Source of the DNA: Methanocaldococcus infernus ME
Lineage (GTDB): Archaea > AGJL01 > Methanococci > Methanococcales > Methanocaldococcaceae
Assembly (NCBI RefSeq): GCF_000092305.1
Contig: NC_014122.1
Location: 1,141,390 to 1,165,389, forward strand
DNA length: 24,000 bases
Reading direction: 5' to 3'
The stretch's first letter is position 1. Each line of letters starts with the position of its first letter. Positions 14,511-24,000 of this stretch are shown here, in pieces. Under the pieces are notes generated by a model. The model had not been told where the DNA came from. It was given only the letters and a program-made list of their open reading frames with translations, and searched no databases. The translations under genes were made by a program, and so were the position numbers.

Positions 14511-14585
14511 TGGGCCCGAAGGGATTTGAACCCTTGACCACTCGGTTATGAGCCGAGCGCTCTGACCAGGCTGAGCTACGGGCCC
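14511..14585 (-). tRNA. tRNA with CAU anticodon: elongator tRNA-Met or tRNA-Ile2 (agmatidine type)
   Basis: GGGCCCGUAGCUCAGCCUGGUCAGAGCGCUCGGCUCAUAACCGAGUGGUCAAGGGUUCAAAUCCCUUCGGGCCCA. It is not an initiator: it has G1:C72 and no GGG/CCC anticodon stem. Met versus Ile2 cannot be decided by eye. Confidence 0.85.
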
Positions 14586-14613
14586 ACCAATTTAATTAAT
14601 AAAAAAATAAAAT

Positions 14614-14689
14614 TGGCGCCCCCAGCAGGACTCGAACCTGCGACCTACGGATTAACAGTCCGTCGCTCTACCAGCTGAGCTATGGGGGC
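14614..14689 (-). tRNA. tRNA-Asn (anticodon GUU), CCA encoded
   Basis: GCCCCCAUAGCUCAGCUGGUAGAGCGACGGACUGUUAAUCCGUAGGUCGCAGGUUCGAGUCCUGCUGGGGGCGCCA. Confidence 0.94.
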
Positions 14690-14701
14690 ACAATAAAGTA
14701 G

Positions 14702-14775
14702 TGCCGCGGGGGTGATTTGAACACCCGACAACGGGATCTTCAGTCCCGCGTTCTCCCAGGCTGAACTACCGCGGC
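14702..14775 (-). tRNA. tRNA-Phe (anticodon GAA)
   Basis: GCCGCGGUAGUUCAGCCUGGGAGAACGCGGGACUGAAGAUCCCGUUGUCGGGUGUUCAAAUCACCCCCGCGGCA. Confidence 0.94.
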
Positions 14776-14810
14776 ACCACAACAGCATTAACCTTAAATT
14801 AAAAATTTGG

Positions 14811-14818
14811 TATATAAA
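14811..14818 (-). promoter_or_regulatory. Candidate TATA box (TTTATATA on minus strand) for the tRNA cluster / rRNA operon
   Basis: It is an exact match to the Methanococcales box-A consensus, preceded by the purine-rich GAAAAC (BRE-like). A TSS ~25 nt downstream would fall ~10 nt before the tRNA-Phe 5' end. Confidence 0.55.
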
Positions 14819-14884
14819 GTTTTCTATTTTATTATTTTGAATATTTTTGTATTTAACTATTTATTTTAATAAATTAAACAAAGA

Positions 14885-14892
14885 TTTATATA
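14885..14892 (+). promoter_or_regulatory. Candidate TATA box (TTTATATA) for rps15
   Basis: A consensus octamer lies 60 nt upstream of the S15 ATG, giving a predicted leader of ~35 nt that contains GGTGAT (14943-14948). Confidence 0.5.
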
Positions 14893-14951
14893 GCAATAGC
14901 AATTTTTTGATACAGAATTATACTTTAGAACTGGCGACCGTCGGTGATAAC

Positions 14952-15413
14952 ATGGCAAGAATGCATGCAAGAAAAAGAGGTCGCTCCGGTTCTACTAAGC
15001 CATACAGGACAGAGCCTCCTAAGTGGGTTAGTTACACACCGGAGCAAGTTGAAGAGTTAGTTGTAGAGTTAGCTAAAAAAGGTTACCAATCAGCTCAGAT
15101 AGGGTTAATATTAAGAGATAACTATGGAATTCCAGATGTGAAGTTAATAACTGGAAAGAAGATAAGTAAGATAATGAAAGAACACAACCTCTACCCAAAG
15201 GTTCCTGAAGATTTATTAAACTTAATGAGAAGAGCAGTTAACTTAAGGAAACACTTAGAGCAACATCCTAAAGATTTACACTCAAAAAGAGGATTACAGT
15301 TAATAGAGTCTAAAATTAGAAGGTTAGTTAAATACTACAAAAGAAAGGGAGTTCTACCAATGGATTGGAGATACACACCAGAGACTGCAAGGTTGTTGGT
15401 AGAGCAAGGATAA
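14952..15413 (+). CDS. rps15: 30S ribosomal protein S15 (uS15)
   Basis: The ORF-track ORF (14847) is trimmed to ATG 14952, which follows [57 protein letters not shown] is the canonical archaeal S15. Confidence 0.93.
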   Translation: MARMHARKRGRSGSTKPYRTEPPKWVSYTPEQVEELVVELAKKGYQSAQIGLILRDNYGIPDVKLITGKKISKIMKEHNLYPKVPEDLLNLMRRAVNLRKHLEQHPKDLHSKRGLQLIESKIRRLVKYYKRKGVLPMDWRYTPETARLLVEQG

Positions 15414-15415
15414 AC

Positions 15416-16090
15416 ATGAAGGTTAAAAACTTCTTATTAACTGAGGAGAGAGCCATTATCTATAAAGGCTATGCTCTCCTCTCTGATCTTCACTTAGGTT
15501 TTGACATATCTTTTTTAGAAACTGGGGCTAACTTCCCAACCTTCCAAAAAGATACTATTTTTAACAAAATTTTGGAGATTGTTGAGAAGTATAAAGTTAA
15601 GACTCTAATTTTAAATGGAGATATAAAGCATAATTTCATCCCTATTGAGAAGGAGATTAGGTTAGTTAAAGATTTTATAGCCTCTTTAGAAGAGTATGCT
15701 GATCTCATCTTAATAAGAGGGAACCATGACACTTACTTAACTAAGATTTTTGAGGTTCATGAATACTTTAAGTTAGGGAAATATATTATATGTCATGGAG
15801 ACAAAAAGTTAGAAGAGGAAGGCTTTTTTATCATTGGCCATGAGCATCCTTCAATAAAGTTGAGGGATGAGGTTGGAGCAATATATAAATTTCCCACATA
15901 TTTAATAGGAAAAGAGATAATAGTTTTACCAAACTTTAACCCTCTCTCTCCAGGAAATGATTTAATTAATAACTATCCAAGCTCACCAATGTTAAAAAAG
16001 AGTTATGAAGAGTTGGAAGCTATAGCTATAACTGAAGCTGGCCTCTTAAACTTTGGAAAGATTGGAGAATTAAAAAGAGTTATTTTTTAA
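15416..16090 (+). CDS. Calcineurin-like metallophosphoesterase (small archaeal SbcD/Mre11-related type)
   Basis: Trimmed to ATG 15416, 2 nt after the S15 stop. Motifs appear in order: DLHLG, GDIKH, GNHD, GHEH. Confidence 0.8.
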   Translation: MKVKNFLLTEERAIIYKGYALLSDLHLGFDISFLETGANFPTFQKDTIFNKILEIVEKYKVKTLILNGDIKHNFIPIEKEIRLVKDFIASLEEYADLILIRGNHDTYLTKIFEVHEYFKLGKYIICHGDKKLEEEGFFIIGHEHPSIKLRDEVGAIYKFPTYLIGKEIIVLPNFNPLSPGNDLINNYPSSPMLKKSYEELEAIAITEAGLLNFGKIGELKRVIF

Positions 16091-17261
16091 AGAGCTCTTC
16101 AACTATCTTAGCATAGGCAGGCCTTGTTATAAAGATTCCTATCAATATTCCTATAATGGTGGTTAGTGCAAAACCTTTTAATAACCCAACCCCTAAAACA
16201 AACAGAGGAAGCATAGCAGCTATTGATGTAGATGCAGAGGCAAAGATGACAAAGAAAGCTCTTTTTATACTTGCCTTTAATCTCTTAATCCCCTTTAATG
16301 CCTCATCAGCAATAACTATTTGATTATCTACCCCAGTCCCTACAGCTGCAACAATTCCAGCAAAGGATGGAAGATCAATTCTCCAGTTGATTAGTGAAGC
16401 TATCCCTAAGATAATTAAGATCTCTGAGAAACATGTTAGTAAGATAGGGAAAACTAATTTAGGACTTTTGTATCTAAATGCCACAACCAAAGAGACAGCA
16501 ATAAAGGCAAGGGCTATAGCTATATATATCCCTTTTAATAGTTCTCTACCAAACTCTGGAGAGATGCTATAAGTATATTCAATATCCACCTTAACTGGAA
16601 GAGCCCCAGATTTTAGAGCTGTGTAAATAGCTAAAGCCTCAGCCTTCTCCTCCTCTGTTGGAGGGTATGGGCCAACAGTAATAACCTGATTTGGTGAAGG
16701 CTTTCCTGAGGTTAGCTCAGGGCTTAACACAGGAGCTGAGATAAGCTTATCATCCATGTATAAATAAACTCTATGGTAAGCCTTTCCTTTAACAAGCTCA
16801 GCCATCCTTTTAGCAGCATCAATCTTTAAAGAGAATGGAACCCCATAAGCTACCGTGTTCCCAGAGGGAACCTTTGTAGGAAACTCTACATTAGCTATAT
16901 CTCTTCCAGTATAGAGAAGTGTTTTATTATCAAGAAGAGCTTTAAAATTACCTTGCTGTTTAAGGATCTTAATGATTGTATCAACATCTGCAGAGGCTGG
17001 AACTATAACAATAATTTCATTGTTTCCTCTTGAATAAACCTCTATATTTCCAAGCCCTGTAGCATCTAACCTATTCTTTATAATCTCAACAGTCATTGAC
17101 ATATCTCTCTCATTCAGTGGCTTCTCTGTCTTAAGCACTATTACAGTTCCTCCAGTTATATCAACCCCATAGTGAATTCCTTTAACAGCTATAACAATGG
17201 AGGAAAAGAGAATGGCTAAGATAAATATTACAATCCTCTTATCCTTTAACAACTCTTTCAA
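16080..17261 (-). CDS. secD: Protein-export membrane protein SecD
   Basis: 393 aa. It has an N-terminal TM, then YGVDITGGTVIV, a large extracytoplasmic domain and a C-terminal 5-TM bundle (GVGTGVDNQIVI). It uses a TTG start (17261-17259) with AGGTGA 4 nt upstream. Confidence 0.85.
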   Translation of the reverse strand: MKELLKDKRIVIFILAILFSSIVIAVKGIHYGVDITGGTVIVLKTEKPLNERDMSMTVEIIKNRLDATGLGNIEVYSRGNNEIIVIVPASADVDTIIKILKQQGNFKALLDNKTLLYTGRDIANVEFPTKVPSGNTVAYGVPFSLKIDAAKRMAELVKGKAYHRVYLYMDDKLISAPVLSPELTSGKPSPNQVITVGPYPPTEEEKAEALAIYTALKSGALPVKVDIEYTYSISPEFGRELLKGIYIAIALAFIAVSLVVAFRYKSPKLVFPILLTCFSEILIILGIASLINWRIDLPSFAGIVAAVGTGVDNQIVIADEALKGIKRLKASIKRAFFVIFASASTSIAAMLPLFVLGVGLLKGFALTTIIGILIGIFITRPAYAKIVEELFKK

Positions 17262-17294
17262 TATCTCACCTTATAACTCTTGAAGAGTGATAAT

Positions 17295-17567
17295 ATGGAT
17301 TTAACCATTATTGGTTACTTAGCTGGAATCTTTACAACCTTTGCCTCCCTACCTCAGCTTATTAAATCTATCAAAGAGAGAGATCTCTCAAGCTTCTCTT
17401 TAGCCTTTGTACTTATCTTTACAACAGGCTTATTTCTCTGGCTTATCTATGGAATTTTAAGAAATGATTACCCTATAATAATATTTAATGTTTTATCTCT
17501 CATGTTCTGGGTTCCTATAACATACTTAAAAATTAAGGAAGTGGTGAGAAATTGGAAGAAAAGATAG
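17295..17567 (+). CDS. SemiSWEET (PQ-loop, 3-TM half-transporter)
   Basis: Trimmed to ATG 17295 (90 aa). IIGYLAGIFTTFASLPQLIKSIK..D.S..F..GLFLWLIYGILRNDYPIIIFNV aligns position by position with my recollection of bacterial SemiSWEETs (PQ motif, LW..YG..R.D.PI). Confidence 0.82.
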   Translation: MDLTIIGYLAGIFTTFASLPQLIKSIKERDLSSFSLAFVLIFTTGLFLWLIYGILRNDYPIIIFNVLSLMFWVPITYLKIKEVVRNWKKR

Positions 17568-17966
17568 AGTTTTTGGCTAAGCATAAGAATTGGTTTGTTG
17601 TCAAAAAGTTGAAGATTGATGAGAATACAGAGGATATAGAGATAGCAAGGCTTTTAGCATCAATAGATGAAACTGTTTCAAGGAAATTTTTAGAGTATTT
17701 ACCCTTTGACTTAAAAAAGTTAGAAGAGATTGCTGACCAAATCTATGTAAAGAAAAAGGGAAGAGTAAAGGAGGAGGAGATAGCTGAAGCTTTAAAAAAG
17801 TTAAAGTCTCCAGCTGTTAGTAGAAAGCTAAATGAGATCACTGAGAGTAAGGAAGGGAAGGAAATTTTAAAGATTATTTTGAATAACATTATTTTAGAGA
17901 GGCTGGGAATAGAAACAAGGGTTCCAAGTAGGTTAATTGAGAAGTACATTGAGAAGGAGAGGGAAT

Positions 17967-17977
<11 letters not shown>
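17552..17977 (+). CDS. Hypothetical protein, Lys/Glu-rich, predicted all-helical
   Basis: 141-aa ORF with no internal Met. The TTG start lies 4 nt after GGTGA (17543-17547), and both ends overlap the neighbouring genes. I recognise no motif. Confidence 0.55.
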
Positions 17978-19962
<1,985 letters not shown>

Positions 19963-19991
<29 letters not shown>

Positions 19992-20373
19992 TGTCTATTA
20001 ACCTCTCATCTGCTCCTATTGGCTCTCTATAGATGATTTCAACACCCTCAGGAATCTCTATATGCTCATGCTCATGATCATGATGATGATGACCATCAAT
20101 TTTAACTCTTTCTTCTAAACCTAACATATGAGGAATGTCTCTTAAGGTGTGAACACCATGGGCTAAGAAAACAGGAACAACAATAATTTTTTTTGCTCCT
20201 CTCTCAATAGCTTTTTTTACTGCTTGAGGAATAGTTGGCTCATTGAATTCCATTAACCCTATCTCAACAATTTCAAAAACCTCTTTTTCCTTTATTTTCT
20301 CAGCCAATTTTTCTAACAGTTCTTTACTATATGGTAATCTACTACCATGTCCTACAAGTACAAGAGCCTCCAA
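19963..20373 (-). CDS. cfbA: Small class II chelatase CbiX(S)/CfbA (sirohydrochlorin cobalto-/nickelochelatase)
   Basis: 136 aa. MEALVLVGHGSRLPYS..VVPVFLAHGVHTLRDIP is present, with a His-rich insert DGHHHHDHEHEH. It uses a TTG start (20373-20371) with AGGTGA 5 nt upstream. Confidence 0.86.
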
Positions 20374-20422
20374 TGTTTCACCTTGTAATAAATTTTTTAC
20401 TAAAGTTCATACTCATCTTATA

Positions 20423-21232
20423 TTAACTTAACTCTTTGAGAGCCTCTTTTAACTGTTCCTCATTTGGAGCCTTTCCATGGAATGCCACATTATTCTCCAT
20501 AAATGACACTCCTTTTCCTTTAACAGTTCTTGCTATTATAGCCTTTGGCTTACCATTCTTTAAGCTCTTTGCTTTATTTATGGTTTCAATGATTTCCTTG
20601 AAGTTGTGCCCATCTATCTCAAAAGTATCCCAGCCAAAGGCTTTAAATTTCTCCTTTAAATCTCCTAAGGCCATAACCTCCTCTGTATTTCCATCTATTT
20701 GTAGATAGTTTCTATCAACAATGGCTATTAAATTATCTAACTTATAATGAGCTGCAGCCATAGCTGCTTCCCAGACTATTCCCTCTTGGCATTCCCCATC
20801 TCCTAAGAGGACATAGATATAATTCTTCAAGTTATCTAACTTGTAACCTATAGCCATCCCAACACTTGCAGAAAAACCCTGTCCTAAGGATCCTGTACAG
20901 ATCTCAACTCCAGGAGTGTCCATTGATGGATGCCCTTGTAGCTTTCCCTCCAACTTTCTAAGCTTCCATAGCTCCTCTTCCTCTATAATCCCAAGCTCTG
21001 AGAGTATAGCATATAAAGCAGGAGCAGCATGCCCTTTACTTAAAACAAATCTATCTCTCTCTTTTTTATAGGGGTTTTTTGGATCATAGTCCATGATATG
21101 GAAATAGAGGGCTACCATTATATCAGTGGCACTTAAAGAGCCTCCAGGATGTCCAGACTTGGCTAAGCCAACCATTTTAACAATCTTGTATCTAACTCTC
21201 TTAGCAATCTCTTCCAATCTCTTAATGTCCAT
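20423..21232 (-). CDS. Transketolase, N-terminal (TPP pyrophosphate-binding) subunit
   Basis: 269 aa. [38 protein letters not shown] and DRN are the transketolase PP-domain motifs of the split archaeal enzyme. Confidence 0.92.
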   Translation of the reverse strand: MDIKRLEEIAKRVRYKIVKMVGLAKSGHPGGSLSATDIMVALYFHIMDYDPKNPYKKERDRFVLSKGHAAPALYAILSELGIIEEEELWKLRKLEGKLQGHPSMDTPGVEICTGSLGQGFSASVGMAIGYKLDNLKNYIYVLLGDGECQEGIVWEAAMAAAHYKLDNLIAIVDRNYLQIDGNTEEVMALGDLKEKFKAFGWDTFEIDGHNFKEIIETINKAKSLKNGKPKAIIARTVKGKGVSFMENNVAFHGKAPNEEQLKEALKELS

Positions 21233-21233
21233 T

Positions 21234-21980
21234 TTATTTCACCCTAACAAAGTTTATAGCATGTGTTGTTTTCTCATAAAATGCTGGATACCCTACATTA
21301 AACTCTTCCAGATACTTTAAAAAGCTCTCATTTATAAACATTGAGTAGCCTTTATTAAGATATTCAATAGCTTTAAATGGACTTTCAACTCTAACTAAAA
21401 CTTTAAACTTTATCTTCTCCTCTTTTAAAATATTATAAACTATCCTCTGAGCACTGTATCTTATGCCTATTAACTTCCTATAGTCAAAATTGTCCTTACT
21501 AACCATTATAAATTTATCATAAAAAGTTTTCACAATGTCCAATTTGTAGCTTCCATACTCATACTTTATAAACCTCTCATCTTCAAGCCTATAAAGCCAG
21601 TAGGGATCATCTATTCCTAAGATATTAACTAACCCTAACCTTAAAAGAGTTAGAGCTGAGCCAAAAGAGGTTATTATAAGATTGTCAAAAATTTTTTTGC
21701 CAAACTCTCCACTTATGTAGCCAGAAACTACAAACTTCTTATTTAAATTTTCTTCAAGATAATTATCTATTATAGCTAAGGCTTTCTCAGTCAAAACTGT
21801 TCCTGAGGATGTGGAATAATAAAGCTTAAATCCTAACTTCCTCTCCATCCTTTTGAGTTGAACATTTAAAGCTGAGGGAGAGATATTTAAAACCTTAGCA
21901 GCCTCTTTTTGTGACCTTGTCCTATATAAAGTTAATAAAATCTCAATCTGTCTCTTTGTTAGGTTAATCATCTTCATCAT
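21234..21980 (-). CDS. LysR-type HTH transcriptional regulator (short form)
   Basis: 248 aa. The N-terminal [47 protein letters not shown] is a LysR-type wHTH. The C-terminal ~160 aa are compatible with a reduced effector-binding domain. Confidence 0.68.
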   Translation of the reverse strand: MMKMINLTKRQIEILLTLYRTRSQKEAAKVLNISPSALNVQLKRMERKLGFKLYYSTSSGTVLTEKALAIIDNYLEENLNKKFVVSGYISGEFGKKIFDNLIITSFGSALTLLRLGLVNILGIDDPYWLYRLEDERFIKYEYGSYKLDIVKTFYDKFIMVSKDNFDYRKLIGIRYSAQRIVYNILKEEKIKFKVLVRVESPFKAIEYLNKGYSMFINESFLKYLEEFNVGYPAFYEKTTHAINFVRVK

Positions 21981-23052
21981 AGTAAAGTCTATATGTATCT
22001 ATATCATAGCCCATCTTATTTAAGATAAATCTAACAACTCTTCCAGGGTCTCTTGACTTTGTTATGGCTCTTCCAACAATAATAATTTCATAACTATTAA
22101 TTAACTTGTCAATCTCTTCTAACTTAACTCCTCCAGCTATAGCTCTTTTAAAGTTCCCCTCTAAAGAGAACTCTCTTCTTTTATTTTCATCTATCCCAGT
22201 ATGAAAGACTATAACATCTGGCTTATTTTTTAGAGAGTTATAAAGCTTCTGGGGATTTTGGACATTTAGAAGATCTAAGTAAGAGATGAGCCCATACTTA
22301 TTAGCCTCACTTAAAGCCCTCTCTATAGTTTCCCTTGGAGCTAAGCCACTAACAACAACAGCGTCAGCTGTGTGTTCAAAGGCTAACCTAACCTCTAAGC
22401 CTCCAGCATCCAAGGTTTTTAAATCAGCCACTATAAAGCCATCAAAGCTTTCCCTAATTTTTTCAATAACCTCTAAGCCAAATCTTTTTATTAGAGGAGT
22501 TCCAGCTTCTAAGATTAGGTGATCACTTTCAGGAAGGTTATTTAAAATAAACTCTAAGTTCTCTAAGGATGGGACATCTAAGGCTATCTGTAAATATGGA
22601 GGATTCTCAAGCTTATCATCCCTAAATCCAACTAATGGGTGTAAAGCTCTAAACTTCTCTCTCTTAACCTTGTCTAAGCTTGGATAGTCATTTAATGCTC
22701 TTAAAATTGCAGTTCTTGCTGATGCATAAAATTGCTGAAACACCCTTTTTTTATAAATTTTTGTTAGTGGAACCTCAGGAACATTGACATTAAAAACTAT
22801 ATACTCAGAGTTTAAGTTTAAGTCAGCTACAGCCTTGGCTATGGCAAATTGAACAACTCCATAAAATAGCTCTTCTTTAGCTTCACTATCTAAGTTGTTA
22901 ATTGGCTTAACAATAGTTAGGGGCTTAACTATTAAATTAGGCCTCAAATTTGCTAAAATCCCCCCGCTTGAAAAAGTTTTTAAAAATAGCTCTTTGTTGT
23001 TTAGGCAAACATTAACCCAAGCTAAGCCATAGCTTGCCTCACCAAACTTCAT
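21964..23052 (-). CDS. fae-hps: Bifunctional Fae-like / 3-hexulose-6-phosphate synthase (Fae/Hps fusion)
   Basis: 362 aa. The N-terminal ~160 aa align with formaldehyde-activating enzyme (FGEA.., RPNL..KP.T, HPLVGF). The C-terminal half has PYLQIALD, the ADLKTLD-type and the GRAIT OMPDC/HPS barrel motifs. Confidence 0.8.
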   Translation of the reverse strand: MKFGEASYGLAWVNVCLNNKELFLKTFSSGGILANLRPNLIVKPLTIVKPINNLDSEAKEELFYGVVQFAIAKAVADLNLNSEYIVFNVNVPEVPLTKIYKKRVFQQFYASARTAILRALNDYPSLDKVKREKFRALHPLVGFRDDKLENPPYLQIALDVPSLENLEFILNNLPESDHLILEAGTPLIKRFGLEVIEKIRESFDGFIVADLKTLDAGGLEVRLAFEHTADAVVVSGLAPRETIERALSEANKYGLISYLDLLNVQNPQKLYNSLKNKPDVIVFHTGIDENKRREFSLEGNFKRAIAGGVKLEEIDKLINSYEIIIVGRAITKSRDPGRVVRFILNKMGYDIDTYRLYYDEDD

Positions 23053-23477
23053 ACTGATCCCTTCAATATCTTTGAGAGCAATCTAATTATATCTCCATCT
23101 GATATTATCCCTACTAACTTCTCCTCTCTGTTTAAAACTGGCAATTGGTTTATAATCTCTTCCTTCTTAACATCCATCTTCTTTATAGCCTCTATAATAC
23201 TTTCATCCTCATAAACTGTAATAACCTCCTTTGTCATCACATCCTCAACTGTAGTTTCTAAAGTATATTTGTCCTTTATTAAATTGTAGCCTATATCTGT
23301 GGTTGTAACTATCCCAATTAATTTTTCTCCATCAACAACTGGAAGAGAGCTAATCTTATACTTCAACATCTTCTCAAATGCCTTTACAGCAAGCTCATCC
23401 TTATTTATGGTGATAACCTCCCTTGTCATCACATCCTTAACTTTAATTCTCTTTAACTCATCTAACATCCTTCTCAA
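23049..23477 (-). CDS. CBS-domain pair protein
   Basis: 142 aa with two tandem CBS repeats ([28 protein letters not shown], and [27 protein letters not shown]). The stop overlaps the fae-hps start (4 nt). Confidence 0.88.
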   Translation of the reverse strand: MRRMLDELKRIKVKDVMTREVITINKDELAVKAFEKMLKYKISSLPVVDGEKLIGIVTTTDIGYNLIKDKYTLETTVEDVMTKEVITVYEDESIIEAIKKMDVKKEEIINQLPVLNREEKLVGIISDGDIIRLLSKILKGSV

Positions 23478-23583
23478 CCTAAAAATTTTTTATTTAATTT
23501 AAATTTTACAAAAAATATTAAAGATTTTTGATTTATTTTTACTTCTTTGGTAGATTTTAATTTACAAATATAAAAAAGAAACC

Positions 23584-23591
23584 TTTATATT
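23584..23591 (+). promoter_or_regulatory. Candidate TATA box (TTTATATT) for the NfeD-like gene
   Basis: An A/T octamer lies 35 nt upstream of ATG 23626, predicting a short leader. Confidence 0.4.
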
Positions 23592-23625
23592 CAAGGTTTT
23601 AAAAATAAATTTATTTGTGAAAACT

Positions 23626-24000
23626 ATGGTTGGTTATCTCTTTATCCTACTTGGGCTATTGGCAATTGTTGCTGAAATTGTTACTCCTGGCTTATATATG
23701 CCAGCCTTGGGGATAGCTTTAATTATCTATGGGATTTTTTTAATGATAATGCCAAACCTCTCCCTAATCTCAGCTATTTTAGCTGGTTTATTGACTATAG
23801 TGGTGTTAAACAAATTTGTCTATTCTGTTAAGAGTGAGGTTAAGGTTGGAGTAGAGAGGTTAATCAATAAAGAGGGCTATGCCTTGGAAGACTTTGATGA
23901 AGAGGGCTTTGGAAGGGTTGAAGTTGAAGGAGAAAATTGGTTAGCAAGGGGAGAGGGGATAAAGAAGGGGGATAAGGTTATTGTTATTGGCTATGAAGGA
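23626..24000 (+). CDS. NfeD-family membrane protein (short form), 3' end beyond the window
   Basis: Not in the ORF track (it runs off the edge). MVGYLFILLGLLAIVAEIVTPG.. gives 2-3 TM helices, followed by GRVEVEGENWLARGEGIKKGDKVIVIG, the NfeD C-terminal OB-fold signature. Confidence 0.7.
   Translation, partial: MVGYLFILLGLLAIVAEIVTPGLYMPALGIALIIYGIFLMIMPNLSLISAILAGLLTIVVLNKFVYSVKSEVKVGVERLINKEGYALEDFDEEGFGRVEVEGENWLARGEGIKKGDKVIVIGYEG

Noticed and set aside
14511-14585. The CAU-anticodon tRNA as an initiator tRNA.
   Set aside because: It has G1:C72 rather than the archaeal initiator A1:U72, and its anticodon stem is CUCGG/CCGAG without the three consecutive G:C pairs. It is therefore an elongator Met or Ile2.
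14847-14951. N-terminal extensions proposed by the ORF track for rps15 (14847), the phosphoesterase (15365), the radical SAM (17937), thi4 (18985), the SemiSWEET (17280) and the MinD-like gene (7155).
   Set aside because: The extensions run through promoter-like A/T DNA or the upstream gene. Internal ATGs preceded by GGTGA/AGGAG give the family-typical N-termini (for example [10 protein letters not shown] for S15).
16080-17261. Absence of secF next to secD as an anomaly.
   Set aside because: I cannot recall with confidence whether secD and secF are linked in Methanococcales. Without genome context this is not evidence of anything unusual.
20062-20091. An ATG/ATC trinucleotide repeat that might be a microsatellite or repeat-array fragment.
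   Set aside because: It is in frame within cfbA and encodes the His-rich loop. It has no spacer-repeat periodicity and no further copies in the window.

Overview
The window reads as a chromosomal segment of an AT-rich, hyperthermophilic methanogen of the Methanococcales (Methanocaldococcus-like). Protein genes are visibly AT-rich, while a ~6 kb block (8797-14775) is very GC-rich stable RNA. On the minus strand there is one complete rRNA operon. Six tRNA genes precede it (Phe, Asn, Met/Ile2-type CAU, Glu, Leu, His), tRNA-Ala(UGC) sits in the 16S-23S spacer, 5S follows 23S, and the RNase P RNA gene lies only 22 nt downstream of 5S. Both 16S and 23S are flanked by long inverted repeats that can form canonical bulge-helix-bulge processing motifs. 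The rest is 25 protein genes packed nearly end to end, with overlaps of 4-49 nt. They are a Hef-like helicase fragment, a purine permease, RNase P protein Pop5, SelB, a DGGGP-synthase-type prenyltransferase, Ogt, TpiA, a riboflavin-pathway reductase, CooC-like and MinD-like ATPases, HisF, S15, a metallophosphoesterase, SecD, a SemiSWEET, an unknown 141-aa protein, a radical-SAM enzyme with a CX5CX2C motif, Thi4, an MJ1316/DUF504 protein, CfbA/CbiX, the transketolase N-terminal half, a LysR-type regulator, Fae/Hps, a CBS-pair protein and an NfeD fragment. I found no CRISPR array, transposase, integrase, prophage or recognisable defence genes, so the region is mostly housekeeping. The most unusual item is a five-gene, fully overlapping cassette at 17295-19991 (SemiSWEET, unknown, non-canonical radical SAM, Thi4, MJ1316 domain). 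Whether it is a functional module is a hypothesis, not a demonstrated system. All functional calls come from reading the translated ORFs, motifs and RNA sequence from memory of the families. No database search, covariance model or folding program was run, and RNA end coordinates are approximate to a few nt.
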